From contig JBEQLE010000081.1 in NCBI GenBank assembly GCA_040326155.1, forward strand, positions 1 to 17,768: a stretch of 17,768 bases of DNA, in the 5' to 3' direction. Below the pieces are notes generated by a model. It was given only the letters and a program-made list of their open reading frames with translations, ran no database searches and was not told the DNA's origin. Source of the DNA: Leptospirales bacterium. GTDB lineage: Bacteria; Spirochaetota; Leptospiria; Turneriellales; JAOUFE01. Made by a program: the position numbers and the translations under genes. Every line of letters starts with the position of its first letter. Positions within the stretch are counted from its first letter, which is position 1. This document shows positions 1 through 8,894 of this stretch, in pieces.

Positions 1-10
1 TTAATTATTT

Positions 11-1348
11 ATGAAAGTAACTATTTTAACTGTCGGTACGCGGGGAGATGTTCAACCATGCCTTGCCTTTGGACAAGCTCTTCAAACGCAGGGCCATGAG
101 GTTAACATGGCAGCCCCACTCGACTATGAAAAGATGGTTGACGAATCTGGCTTGCGCTTCTTCCCGATTCGTCAACAGCTTCGTGATATCTACAGGCAAA
201 AAACCGGTTCTCAATGTTTAACGGAAAGAATAAATCCTCTGCATTTTTTATTCGGTAGAAATAAAAAAGTTCGTCCTATATTAGATTGTATAGTTTCTGA
301 TCTGGTCAGCGCCTGTACAGGTTCTGATATTATTTTATATACAATTTTAGCTATGCCCGCTTCGTTTATTGCAAATGACCTCGGTTTACCTTCTATGGCT
401 CTTTGCTTTCAACCTTTGAGTCGCACACAAACGTTTCCCAGCATTTTCTTTCACCCCCAGGTCAACATCAGGTTTTTGAACATTGCTTCTCACTTTCTTG
501 CCGAAAAAGCGATTCGTCTGGTTTTTCAGGGTTCTATTACAAGATGGCGAAAAAAATCCAGAATACCCAAAACGACACGCCAACATATTCATAAATACAG
601 CCATCGAGAATACCCGGTCTTAAACGCATTTAGCGCTCACATAGTCCCTAAACCGTCCGACTGGGGAAAACGAAAGCATATTACAGGTTTCTGGTTTCTA
701 GACAGCGCCATATCAAGTTGCAAGCCTTCTGGTGAGTTAATAAAATTCTTAGAAAACGGGGAACCTCCTGTTTGCATCAGTTTTGGTAGTATGAACGATA
801 TAAGAGTAAAAAAGAGAGTGAACATGGGTCTGCAAGCTCTGCAAAAAACAGGAAAAAGAGCTGTGTTAATTGCCGGTAAAAGTGGCCTGCAAAAACAAGA
901 CCTGATAATAAGTGATAACATACTGGTAGTTGACGAAGTATCTCACAAGTGGCTGTTTCCTCGTGTGAGTGCTATTATACACCATGGGGGAGCCGGAACT
1001 GTTGCGGCCGCCATTCGCGCGGGTATTGCCTCTATTATTATTCCGTTTTTTTTCGATCAAAAATTCTGGGGAAACCGTCTTTTTGCTCTTGGTGTTGGCC
1101 CACAACCCATACATGAAAAAAAATTATCAGTAGAAACAATCGCTAAAGCTATTACTGCGGTGGTCGAAGAAAGAAAGTATAATCTAAAATTACAAAATTT
1201 AAGCGTAAAAGTTAACAATGAAAAAGGTTTAGAGTGCGCAGTTAAAGCGTTTGAACTCGAAACATCTCGCTCCATTACGCAAAAAAGGGAGACAAAAAGT
1301 AAAGATGGAACAACCAAGTTCAGAAAATTCAGCAGAGCAAATTCTTAA
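11..1348 (+). CDS. GT-B fold family 1 glycosyltransferase (sterol 3-beta-glucosyltransferase/RhlB-like)
   Basis: 445 aa ORF with N-terminal GTRGDVQP motif, C-terminal sugar-nucleotide-binding box HKWLFPRVSAIIHHGGAGT...PFFFDQ and a central SFGSM motif. The 3' end overlaps the next gene. Confidence 0.9.
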   Translation: MKVTILTVGTRGDVQPCLAFGQALQTQGHEVNMAAPLDYEKMVDESGLRFFPIRQQLRDIYRQKTGSQCLTERINPLHFLFGRNKKVRPILDCIVSDLVSACTGSDIILYTILAMPASFIANDLGLPSMALCFQPLSRTQTFPSIFFHPQVNIRFLNIASHFLAEKAIRLVFQGSITRWRKKSRIPKTTRQHIHKYSHREYPVLNAFSAHIVPKPSDWGKRKHITGFWFLDSAISSCKPSGELIKFLENGEPPVCISFGSMNDIRVKKRVNMGLQALQKTGKRAVLIAGKSGLQKQDLIISDNILVVDEVSHKWLFPRVSAIIHHGGAGTVAAAIRAGIASIIIPFFFDQKFWGNRLFALGVGPQPIHEKKLSVETIAKAITAVVEERKYNLKLQNLSVKVNNEKGLECAVKAFELETSRSITQKRETKSKDGTTKFRKFSRANS

Positions 1349-3566
1349 CGCACTGAAAAAAACCAGCCTGTTTTCAGATTTCACAAATGAAACTCTGAAT
1401 AAATTATCCTTAAATGCTACATGGGTAATTTTGAAAAAAGGAGAAACTCTTTTTAACAAAGGTGACCTGGCCGACAGCATGTACCTTCTTACCGAAGGTA
1501 AGTTAATTGTAATAATCGAATCGGAGGGGGCCGGAGATGTTCTAAGAAATATTGAAGCGGGTCAAACCATAGGCGAAATGCAATTCCTGGTACACGGCAA
1601 ACGGACCGCCGACATATTTGCAGGAGACAATTCAAAAATAATTCGTTTTTCAAATATTCCACCAGATTTTACCAAAGAAGAAAAAGGTCTACTTGTAGAA
1701 AAATTAAACCAGATTATTCGTCAACGCCTCGAATATAAACAACTTGCCGCCATACTTCCAAAACTCTTTGGAGAATTAACACCAAGACAAATTGAAAAAA
1801 TCAGTACAAAAGCCGACTGGGTTCAACTACATGATGAAGAAGTACTTTTTAAACAGGGTGATCCTGGTGATAGTTTTTCCATTCTTGCCAGCGGACGCCT
1901 GAGTGCCGCTCTTGAAAATGGAGACGGTACACGGCGTGTCATTAAACAAATTTCAAGGGGACAAATTATCGGTGAGATGGCTCTACTTGGCGGTGAAAAC
2001 CGAACGGCCACAGTGTACGCCACTCATGAGTCTCAAGTATTTCGTTTTAAAAAAGAGGCATTTTCCACATTACTAAAAGAATACCCCGATTTGCTTATGC
2101 AAATTACAAGAAGTCTGGTGCAAAGACTGTCTGACTCAAATAAAGGAGTAAGCAAATGGGAGTCGAACCCCATTATAGCTCTTGTACCTGTGCATGAGTC
2201 TTCCCCTCTAAAAGAATTCGGAGCCCGATTTCTAAAAGCCATTTCAAGCATTTGCCCTGTTTTATATTTAGATGGACCAGCCATGGACGAGATGCTAGAT
2301 ACACCTGGCATATCTCAAGTCGATGAAAAAGATCCAAATAATATACGTCTACAAGAGTGGATTAGCATTCAAGAATCAAAATATGAATTTATTATTCTCG
2401 AAACCGACACTACTCCAACCAATTGGACCACATGGTGCCTGGGCCATGCTGACCAGGTTTTACTTGTTGCTGACCAGGACGAAGACAGTCAACTTGGAGA
2501 AATTGAAAACTTCCTGGAAGACAACTCGAATAAAATAGTAGTAGAAAAACGGTCTATCGCAATTTTACACCCCAATGGGGAAAAACTTCCCACAAACACC
2601 AAAAGGTGGCAAACAGAGCGAAACCTTGAATTTTGTTACCATATCCGAAATGACTCTGAAAAAGACATCGAACGAATTGCCAGAATTATCTCGGGAACCG
2701 CCGTTGGTCTGGCTTTAAGCGGCGGTGGAGCCAGGGGTTTTGCCCATATTGGAGTTATTAAAGCGTTAGAAGAGTCAAATATAGCAATCGATATTATTGG
2801 CGGTACCAGCATGGGCGCATACATCGGAGCTATGTATGCCAAAGGTTGGACTTGCGAAGAACTGGCGAGCTATGACATCTCCAAATTGATCTTTGACATG
2901 ACCCTGCCGGTCACTTCCCTGTTTGCAGGCAAAAAAATATCGAACGGGTTTAAAAGTATTTGTGGTGAAGTTGCCGTCGAAGACTTATGGATACCTTACT
3001 TTTGTGTTTCGAGTAATTTAACCAATGCAGAAATGAAAGTCCACCGAACGGGTATCTTATGGAAAAGTTTACAGGCGAGTAATGCCGCGCCAGGTATTTA
3101 CCCTCCTGTTGTTATGGATGGGGATTTACACGTTGACGGAGCCCTTCTTAATAATCTGCCTGTAGATATTATGGGCGAAATCTGTCAGGGAAACGTTTTA
3201 GGGGTGGATGTAAGCCCTGCAGTCGACATGAAAGAAAACCCAAATTATGGAGATCATATTTCCGGCTGGAAAATATTATGGAGAAAAATTAACCCTTTTG
3301 TAAAACCCATCATTATACCAAGCATTCAACATATATTACACCGAGCCGGTGAATTGGCCAGTATAGCCAACCAGAGAAATATGCTGGCTCAAACAACCGA
3401 CTTATACCTTAGACCTCCGGTTGAAAAATATGAGCTGGGCGACTACGCCCTTTCTGAGAAAATTATTGAAGATGGATACCAGTACGCAATGTCCAAAATA
3501 AAAGAGTGGAATTTAAGCGACAACCTCGATAAAAATCTTAAAGCAAACCTTAAAAAACAGACTTAA
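1305..3566 (+). CDS. Cyclic-nucleotide-binding, patatin-like phospholipase (NTE/RssA family)
   Basis: Two cNMP domains (LFNKGD...IGEM...RTA; LFKQGD...IGEMALL...RTATV) followed by patatin motifs GGGARG, GTSMG (nucleophile Ser) and DGA. Start placed at ATG 1305, with GGAG about 13 nt upstream. The ORF track starts at TTG 1251. Confidence 0.9.
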   Translation: MEQPSSENSAEQILNALKKTSLFSDFTNETLNKLSLNATWVILKKGETLFNKGDLADSMYLLTEGKLIVIIESEGAGDVLRNIEAGQTIGEMQFLVHGKRTADIFAGDNSKIIRFSNIPPDFTKEEKGLLVEKLNQIIRQRLEYKQLAAILPKLFGELTPRQIEKISTKADWVQLHDEEVLFKQGDPGDSFSILASGRLSAALENGDGTRRVIKQISRGQIIGEMALLGGENRTATVYATHESQVFRFKKEAFSTLLKEYPDLLMQITRSLVQRLSDSNKGVSKWESNPIIALVPVHESSPLKEFGARFLKAISSICPVLYLDGPAMDEMLDTPGISQVDEKDPNNIRLQEWISIQESKYEFIILETDTTPTNWTTWCLGHADQVLLVADQDEDSQLGEIENFLEDNSNKIVVEKRSIAILHPNGEKLPTNTKRWQTERNLEFCYHIRNDSEKDIERIARIISGTAVGLALSGGGARGFAHIGVIKALEESNIAIDIIGGTSMGAYIGAMYAKGWTCEELASYDISKLIFDMTLPVTSLFAGKKISNGFKSICGEVAVEDLWIPYFCVSSNLTNAEMKVHRTGILWKSLQASNAAPGIYPPVVMDGDLHVDGALLNNLPVDIMGEICQGNVLGVDVSPAVDMKENPNYGDHISGWKILWRKINPFVKPIIIPSIQHILHRAGELASIANQRNMLAQTTDLYLRPPVEKYELGDYALSEKIIEDGYQYAMSKIKEWNLSDNLDKNLKANLKKQT

Positions 3567-3584
3567 AGCCTGAAAGGTTTTCTT

Positions 3585-4619
3585 ATGAGCATGTTCCGTT
3601 CTATTTTGAAAAAAACAGGTCTAAAAGTCTGGGCAGGTCTGTTCATCATTTTTTTATTTTCTTTGTGGGCATTTTACAATTACGATTTTCACTCCGTTTT
3701 TCTTTCTATTTCAAGAGCGAATTACACACTAATTACTTTCGCTGTGTTTCTAAATATTTTTCTGTTATATTTTCGAGTTTTAAAATGGCGTTTTTTCTTC
3801 ACCCCGCACAACACTATTTCTTTTTATAATATGTCTTTAGCCGCTTTTTGCGCCTACACGCTTAACATGGTATTTCCGGCGAGGGTGGGCTTGTTTTTAC
3901 AGGCCTGGATTTTAAGTAAAAAAGAGTCCATTCCTAATAGTTCCGCTTTAGGTACGGTCGTTTTAACCAGAGTTTTAGACGGCATTGCCATTGCCTCTAT
4001 TGGGCTTTTTGTCCTTCTTCTTGCAAAAGAAGAGGCTGGTGCGGCCGATTTCTGGTCTCCATTACAGAAAACTGCTATTATATTCTTTTCGTTATACCTG
4101 ACGTTTGCTCTGGTTTTTTTTATTCTTGGCAAACATGAAACCCTGCATTTGAAAGTTTCAAAAGTTCTAAAGAAAATTCTTCCAAAACGTTTTAAGGAAA
4201 AAACAGATAAGGCAATTCTCTCTTTTCGCGAAGGCATGAATGTAGTCAATCGTCCCGGTCAGCTTGCCTTTATATTTGCTTTGACTTTTATTTTCTGGGC
4301 CTTGTGCGCGCTATGGATTTTCATTTTTCTAAAAGCTTTTGGAATTTCCGAAATCTCGTTCTTAACCCCTTTTGTCATTTTAGTTATACAGGTTTTCGGC
4401 TTTGCTATTCCGGTTCCCGGCAATATTGGCCCTTACCATGCGGCAACCGTGGTGGCCCTCTCGCTTTACGGTATCGTGGGCGAATTCGCCCTGTCCATAG
4501 CCATTACCATGCATGGGGTTATCCTCATAACAAACAGTTTGCCCGGCCTGCTTTACATGTGGTATGAAAAAGTACGTAACCCTGAATTTTCTCCCAAAAT
4601 AATGAACCAGATAAAATAA
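3585..4619 (+). CDS. Lysylphosphatidylglycerol synthase TM / UPF0104 (putative flippase-like) membrane protein
   Basis: 344 aa with many hydrophobic segments and family-typical motifs R-x-x-KW, N-x-x-FPARVG, R-x-x-D and P-x-PGNIG-x-YH. Confidence 0.8.
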   Translation: MSMFRSILKKTGLKVWAGLFIIFLFSLWAFYNYDFHSVFLSISRANYTLITFAVFLNIFLLYFRVLKWRFFFTPHNTISFYNMSLAAFCAYTLNMVFPARVGLFLQAWILSKKESIPNSSALGTVVLTRVLDGIAIASIGLFVLLLAKEEAGAADFWSPLQKTAIIFFSLYLTFALVFFILGKHETLHLKVSKVLKKILPKRFKEKTDKAILSFREGMNVVNRPGQLAFIFALTFIFWALCALWIFIFLKAFGISEISFLTPFVILVIQVFGFAIPVPGNIGPYHAATVVALSLYGIVGEFALSIAITMHGVILITNSLPGLLYMWYEKVRNPEFSPKIMNQIK

Positions 4620-4837
4620 AATGTTGGCAGGCAAAGTGCCAGGTATTTTTGAATTGTAAAGGCATTCTATTCCAAAAGTCTGCACTGCGGAATGCTACCG
4701 CACTACAAAACGGTATATTATTTTAAAGTTTCTATTTTCATTATTTTCATATGATTTAAAATAGTAGACGATGACAGTAAATTTTGAAAAACGTTATTTG
4801 TACGTACCAAAAAAAGTAAAATCTTGATAACTTATCC

Positions 4838-7800
4838 ATGAGAAAATTGCAACAAAATCTACTTCCTTTAAGCGCCCTGCAAAAAGATATTGCCATAGAC
4901 CAACTCTCGCACCCTCATATTCCAATTTATAACATTGGAGCCTGGCTAAAAATTGAAGGTGAAATTAACACTGAAGTGTTTAAAGATGCTACATGTAAGG
5001 TTATTGAAGCCAACGATAGCCTCCATATCGTTTTTCGTAAACACAACATATTACCGCTGCAGGAATTTCAAAAACCGAAAAAATTCAACTACAACTTTAT
5101 TGATTTTTCCAATTCGCCGGACCCGGAATCTCACACCCATCAGTATATGCACACCGAATTTGTTCGTCCGTTTGCTTTATACGACAACCATTTGTATCGT
5201 TATTCTTTGGTTAAAACCTCCGACACATGTTATTATTTTTTAACTGTGCAACACCACATCATTATGGACGGTTTTTCGAATAGCCTGGTCTTCTTGCAAA
5301 CTGGTGATCTTTATCGCAAGCTAACAAACCTGGAAAATATAGACGATGAACTAACGAAGCGACCCTCTTACAAAAAGTTCATTACCGAAGAGATTCAATA
5401 CCTGAAGTCTGAGAAGTTTTCTAAATCGCAGGAATTCTGGAAAAACGAATTTACGACTTTACCTCAACGAGTTATACAGCAAAACCATGAAGAGCCTGGC
5501 TCTGCGGAATCTTTTCGCGGCAGTGTATTTTCATACCCCTTGTCCTTGGAACAATATAATAGATGGCGTGAATTCAGCAGTTCTCAAAACTGTACGCCCT
5601 ACCATCTGTTTGTGGCTGCTCTTTATATCTATTTTCAAAGAACAAACCCTGCACATAATTTTGTTTTCGGAGCCCCCGCCAAAAACCGACCGGGAGCGAC
5701 CGCTAAAATTACCACTGGTCTTTTCACCAACATTACCCCCGTCAAATTAAACGGAGACTTAAACCAGACAACAGAAGATCTGTTAGCCAACATTGTGCGA
5801 AAACTGCGTTCCACCTATCGTTACCAACGCTACCCCATTGGTGAAATAAACAAAATTACCGGTATTCGCAAATCGGGCTACGACCAACTGTTTGACATTG
5901 TTGTATCGTATGAAAACTTCGACGTGGACGCGAATTTCAATAATGGTCCCGTAGAAGTGCAAACACTGAATAACGGTTATGTTCGAAACTCTTTGTCTTT
6001 GGCAATTAAAGAGTATCATGTAAAGCAAGGGCCAAAAATAGAGATGGCTTTTAATAAGGGGGCTTTTACCCAGCCCGAAATGGATGAGCTTATAGAAAGG
6101 CTCAAATTTATTATTGACCAGATGGTAATTGCCCCTGGCAGTAAATTAAACGATTTTGAACTTGTACCGAAAGAAGAGAAACAAAAAATACTGAATTTCG
6201 GGAATTTGAATGACCAAAAAATAAATCTAACCGACGAAAAGCAAACCGTCGATCAAACTCATTTTCAAAGTTGCTTTCACCTGTTTGAAAACATAGTAGA
6301 AAAAAACCCCGAATCTCTTGCCGCCATTTGCCAAGGTGTCTCGGTTACATATTATGAATTAAATAAAAAAGCAAACCGTCTGGCCCACTACCTTAGCTCA
6401 CTCGGTATTCAAACCGAAACCTTCGTTGGAATCCATATGGATCGTTCTTTAGATATGCTTATATCCATACTGGCGGTTTTAAAATCGGGAGCGGCCTATG
6501 TGCCTTTAGATCCGTCTTACCCGATCGAGCGCATCGACTTTATGATCGCCGATTCGCAGGCCGCTCTTATTTTAACACAATTAAAATACAAAGAACGGTT
6601 TGCAGGAGCTTCAAAAAAGGAAAATATTCAAAACAGTGGTAATCAGCAAAAATATATTTATATTGACGATTATAACGGTGCCCCGCCCTGGGCCGACCAA
6701 AGCGAAGAAAATCCCTCTTCAGGTCATGTCGAAACAGCCAGCAAACTCAACTTGCCCGAAACTCCCGTGTATATAATTTACACCTCCGGTTCAACAGGAA
6801 AACCCAAAGGGGTTGTTAACCTTCATCGAGGACTATCGAATTTAGTTGCGGCCCAAAGTAAGGTTTTCAACATTAAACCCGGTAGTCGTATTTTACAATT
6901 TACCTCGCTCAGTTTCGATGTCGCCGCCTCTGATATTTTTACCACTCTTTGCGTGGGGGCCACTCTTGTTCTCGAAACGGCAGAAAATATTTTACCGGGA
7001 ACGCCGCTGGCAAACACCATAAAAAAATTCGAAGTCACTCATATAGCCATGCCTCCTTCTTCTTTGACGGTAATGCCCCCTTTAGCCGAAAACGATTTAG
7101 CCTCCTTAACCACTATTATAACAGGCGGTGAAACGCCCCCTCTGGAACTTTTTAAAAAATGGAGTTCCGGTCGAAAAATATTTAACGCCTACGGGCCCAC
7201 CGAAACAACGGTCTGTGCATCCGTCTGGGAATATGAGCAAAGCTCCAAAAAACCGTTTATTGGACGCCCTCTGGACAATGTAAAAATCTACATATTGGAC
7301 AATAAATTACAAATTGTTCCAACGGGAGTTTCGGGCGAACTCTATATTTCAGGGGTTGGTCTGGCCCGTGGTTATCTGAATCGTGAAGAGTTGACCAAAG
7401 AGAAGTTCATACGCAACCCTTTTTATACTGACGAAATGGACTCTATCTACACTCGTCTTTACAAAACCGGTGACATGGCCAGGTACCAACCCGACGGTAA
7501 TATTGAATTTCTCGGGCGCACTGACTCGCAACTGAAAATACGCGGTTACCGAATTGAACTCGAAGAGATAGAAGCTGTATTACGAAAACACCCCCTTGTC
7601 GAAAACGCAGTTGTAACCGTAATTGGTTCTGGTTTGCAAGGTAAAAAAATTGCCGCCTATGTTCTTACTTCCGAAAAATCTAAAACAGAACTCGACCATC
7701 TCGAATTAAAACTATTTTTAAAAAACAAACTTCCGCCTTATATGGTGCCTGTTTTCATAACAGAGCTTAAACAATTTCCATTGACTGCAAATGGGAAAAT

Positions 7801-8887
7801 TGACAAAACCCAATTGCCCGACCCTCGTGCAAACAACGAGAGCAGCGATAGCATCCAAAACAGAAAAAATAACAAACAGCGTCGTAAAAACACGGCCATT
7901 GAAAATAAACTTATTGTTATATTGAAAAAAGCAGCCAGTATAAACCATATACAAATAGATGAAAATCTCTTTGACGCCGGTTTGGACTCCTTAAACGCCA
8001 TTGAATTTTTATTGCAGATCGAAAAAGAGTTTGCCGTTAAAACTCATAATCGTCTATTAATTCACCATGATACAATTGAACTCTTGGCCAACCACCTCGG
8101 GCATAAAACCAGCTTACCGAAAGCTGCAAACAATGAAAACGCAGACCCAAACCTGCACCCCATGATGTTAGCGATGTCCGGGAAACAAAACGATGGAGCG
8201 ATACAAACTACCGAAACACCATTTTTTTGTGTCACCGCAGGTTATGGCGATATTATTGCGTTAAAAGCTCTATCGCAGCAAATTGGCCCGCAACGTCCTT
8301 TTTACATTTTGCAACCCTCCGATGATGTCGCCGCGAATATTGACGCGAAGTCACTCGCTTTATTATACCTTGCTGAAATACAAAAAACAGACCCTTCGGG
8401 AACTTATTTGTTAGGCGGCTATAGCGCAGGAGGCATTATTGCTTTTGAAATGGCCCAGCAATTAACAAAAGAGAGCAAGAACGTTGCACACGTTGTTATG
8501 TTGGGAATTCCGTTTACCCATGGCGCTTTCGGTGTCAGGCTTCGAAATATATTAAAGGGGGCATTATCAAAACTTATATCTGAAAATAAAAATACAAAAT
8601 ATGAAATTGTAAGAATTCTTAAATCTCTGTTTTTAGACAAGGGTTTACAAATTCATATGAACAGCCTGGCAGGTTATCTGCCAAAACCATACTCTGGAAA
8701 AATTTCAATTTTTGAAGGGTGTCAGGCACCTACCAGGTTCCTTCCCTGGGAGAAAAAATGGAAAAGAATTGCCAGGGCGGGTGTCGATATTCAGTTTCTA
8801 GCTGGAAGCCATGATACTTTTATACGCCCACCCGAAAACATCGAGCTTGCCAAACGCCTTAATGAACTATTTAAAAATTCGCAATGA
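4838..8887 (+). CDS. Monomodular non-ribosomal peptide synthetase, C-A-T-TE
   Basis: C domain HHIIMDG (5252-5272). A-domain cores YIIYTSGSTGKPKG, SFDV, NAYGPTE, GELYISG, YKTGD and NGKID. Carrier LFDAGLDSL (Ser 7988-7990). TE GYSAG (Ser 8423-8425) and GSH. Confidence 0.95.
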   Translation: MRKLQQNLLPLSALQKDIAIDQLSHPHIPIYNIGAWLKIEGEINTEVFKDATCKVIEANDSLHIVFRKHNILPLQEFQKPKKFNYNFIDFSNSPDPESHTHQYMHTEFVRPFALYDNHLYRYSLVKTSDTCYYFLTVQHHIIMDGFSNSLVFLQTGDLYRKLTNLENIDDELTKRPSYKKFITEEIQYLKSEKFSKSQEFWKNEFTTLPQRVIQQNHEEPGSAESFRGSVFSYPLSLEQYNRWREFSSSQNCTPYHLFVAALYIYFQRTNPAHNFVFGAPAKNRPGATAKITTGLFTNITPVKLNGDLNQTTEDLLANIVRKLRSTYRYQRYPIGEINKITGIRKSGYDQLFDIVVSYENFDVDANFNNGPVEVQTLNNGYVRNSLSLAIKEYHVKQGPKIEMAFNKGAFTQPEMDELIERLKFIIDQMVIAPGSKLNDFELVPKEEKQKILNFGNLNDQKINLTDEKQTVDQTHFQSCFHLFENIVEKNPESLAAICQGVSVTYYELNKKANRLAHYLSSLGIQTETFVGIHMDRSLDMLISILAVLKSGAAYVPLDPSYPIERIDFMIADSQAALILTQLKYKERFAGASKKENIQNSGNQQKYIYIDDYNGAPPWADQSEENPSSGHVETASKLNLPETPVYIIYTSGSTGKPKGVVNLHRGLSNLVAAQSKVFNIKPGSRILQFTSLSFDVAASDIFTTLCVGATLVLETAENILPGTPLANTIKKFEVTHIAMPPSSLTVMPPLAENDLASLTTIITGGETPPLELFKKWSSGRKIFNAYGPTETTVCASVWEYEQSSKKPFIGRPLDNVKIYILDNKLQIVPTGVSGELYISGVGLARGYLNREELTKEKFIRNPFYTDEMDSIYTRLYKTGDMARYQPDGNIEFLGRTDSQLKIRGYRIELEEIEAVLRKHPLVENAVVTVIGSGLQGKKIAAYVLTSEKSKTELDHLELKLFLKNKLPPYMVPVFITELKQFPLTANGKIDKTQLPDPRANNESSDSIQNRKNNKQRRKNTAIENKLIVILKKAASINHIQIDENLFDAGLDSLNAIEFLLQIEKEFAVKTHNRLLIHHDTIELLANHLGHKTSLPKAANNENADPNLHPMMLAMSGKQNDGAIQTTETPFFCVTAGYGDIIALKALSQQIGPQRPFYILQPSDDVAANIDAKSLALLYLAEIQKTDPSGTYLLGGYSAGGIIAFEMAQQLTKESKNVAHVVMLGIPFTHGAFGVRLRNILKGALSKLISENKNTKYEIVRILKSLFLDKGLQIHMNSLAGYLPKPYSGKISIFEGCQAPTRFLPWEKKWKRIARAGVDIQFLAGSHDTFIRPPENIELAKRLNELFKNSQ

Positions 8888-8894
8888 GCTTACT

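Noticed and set aside
1305..3566. CBASS/Pycsar-type anti-phage system based on patatin plus cNMP domains
   Set aside because: No nucleotide cyclase or CD-NTase in the window, and the architecture matches NTE/RssA enzymes.
4620..4837. Possible riboswitch (c-di-GMP-I-like GGCAAA and GCTACCG words) or terminator upstream of the NRPS
   Set aside because: Only two 5-bp stems (TGGCA/TGCCA, TGCGG/CCGCA). No GAAA tetraloop-receptor architecture and no U-tract directly after a stem.
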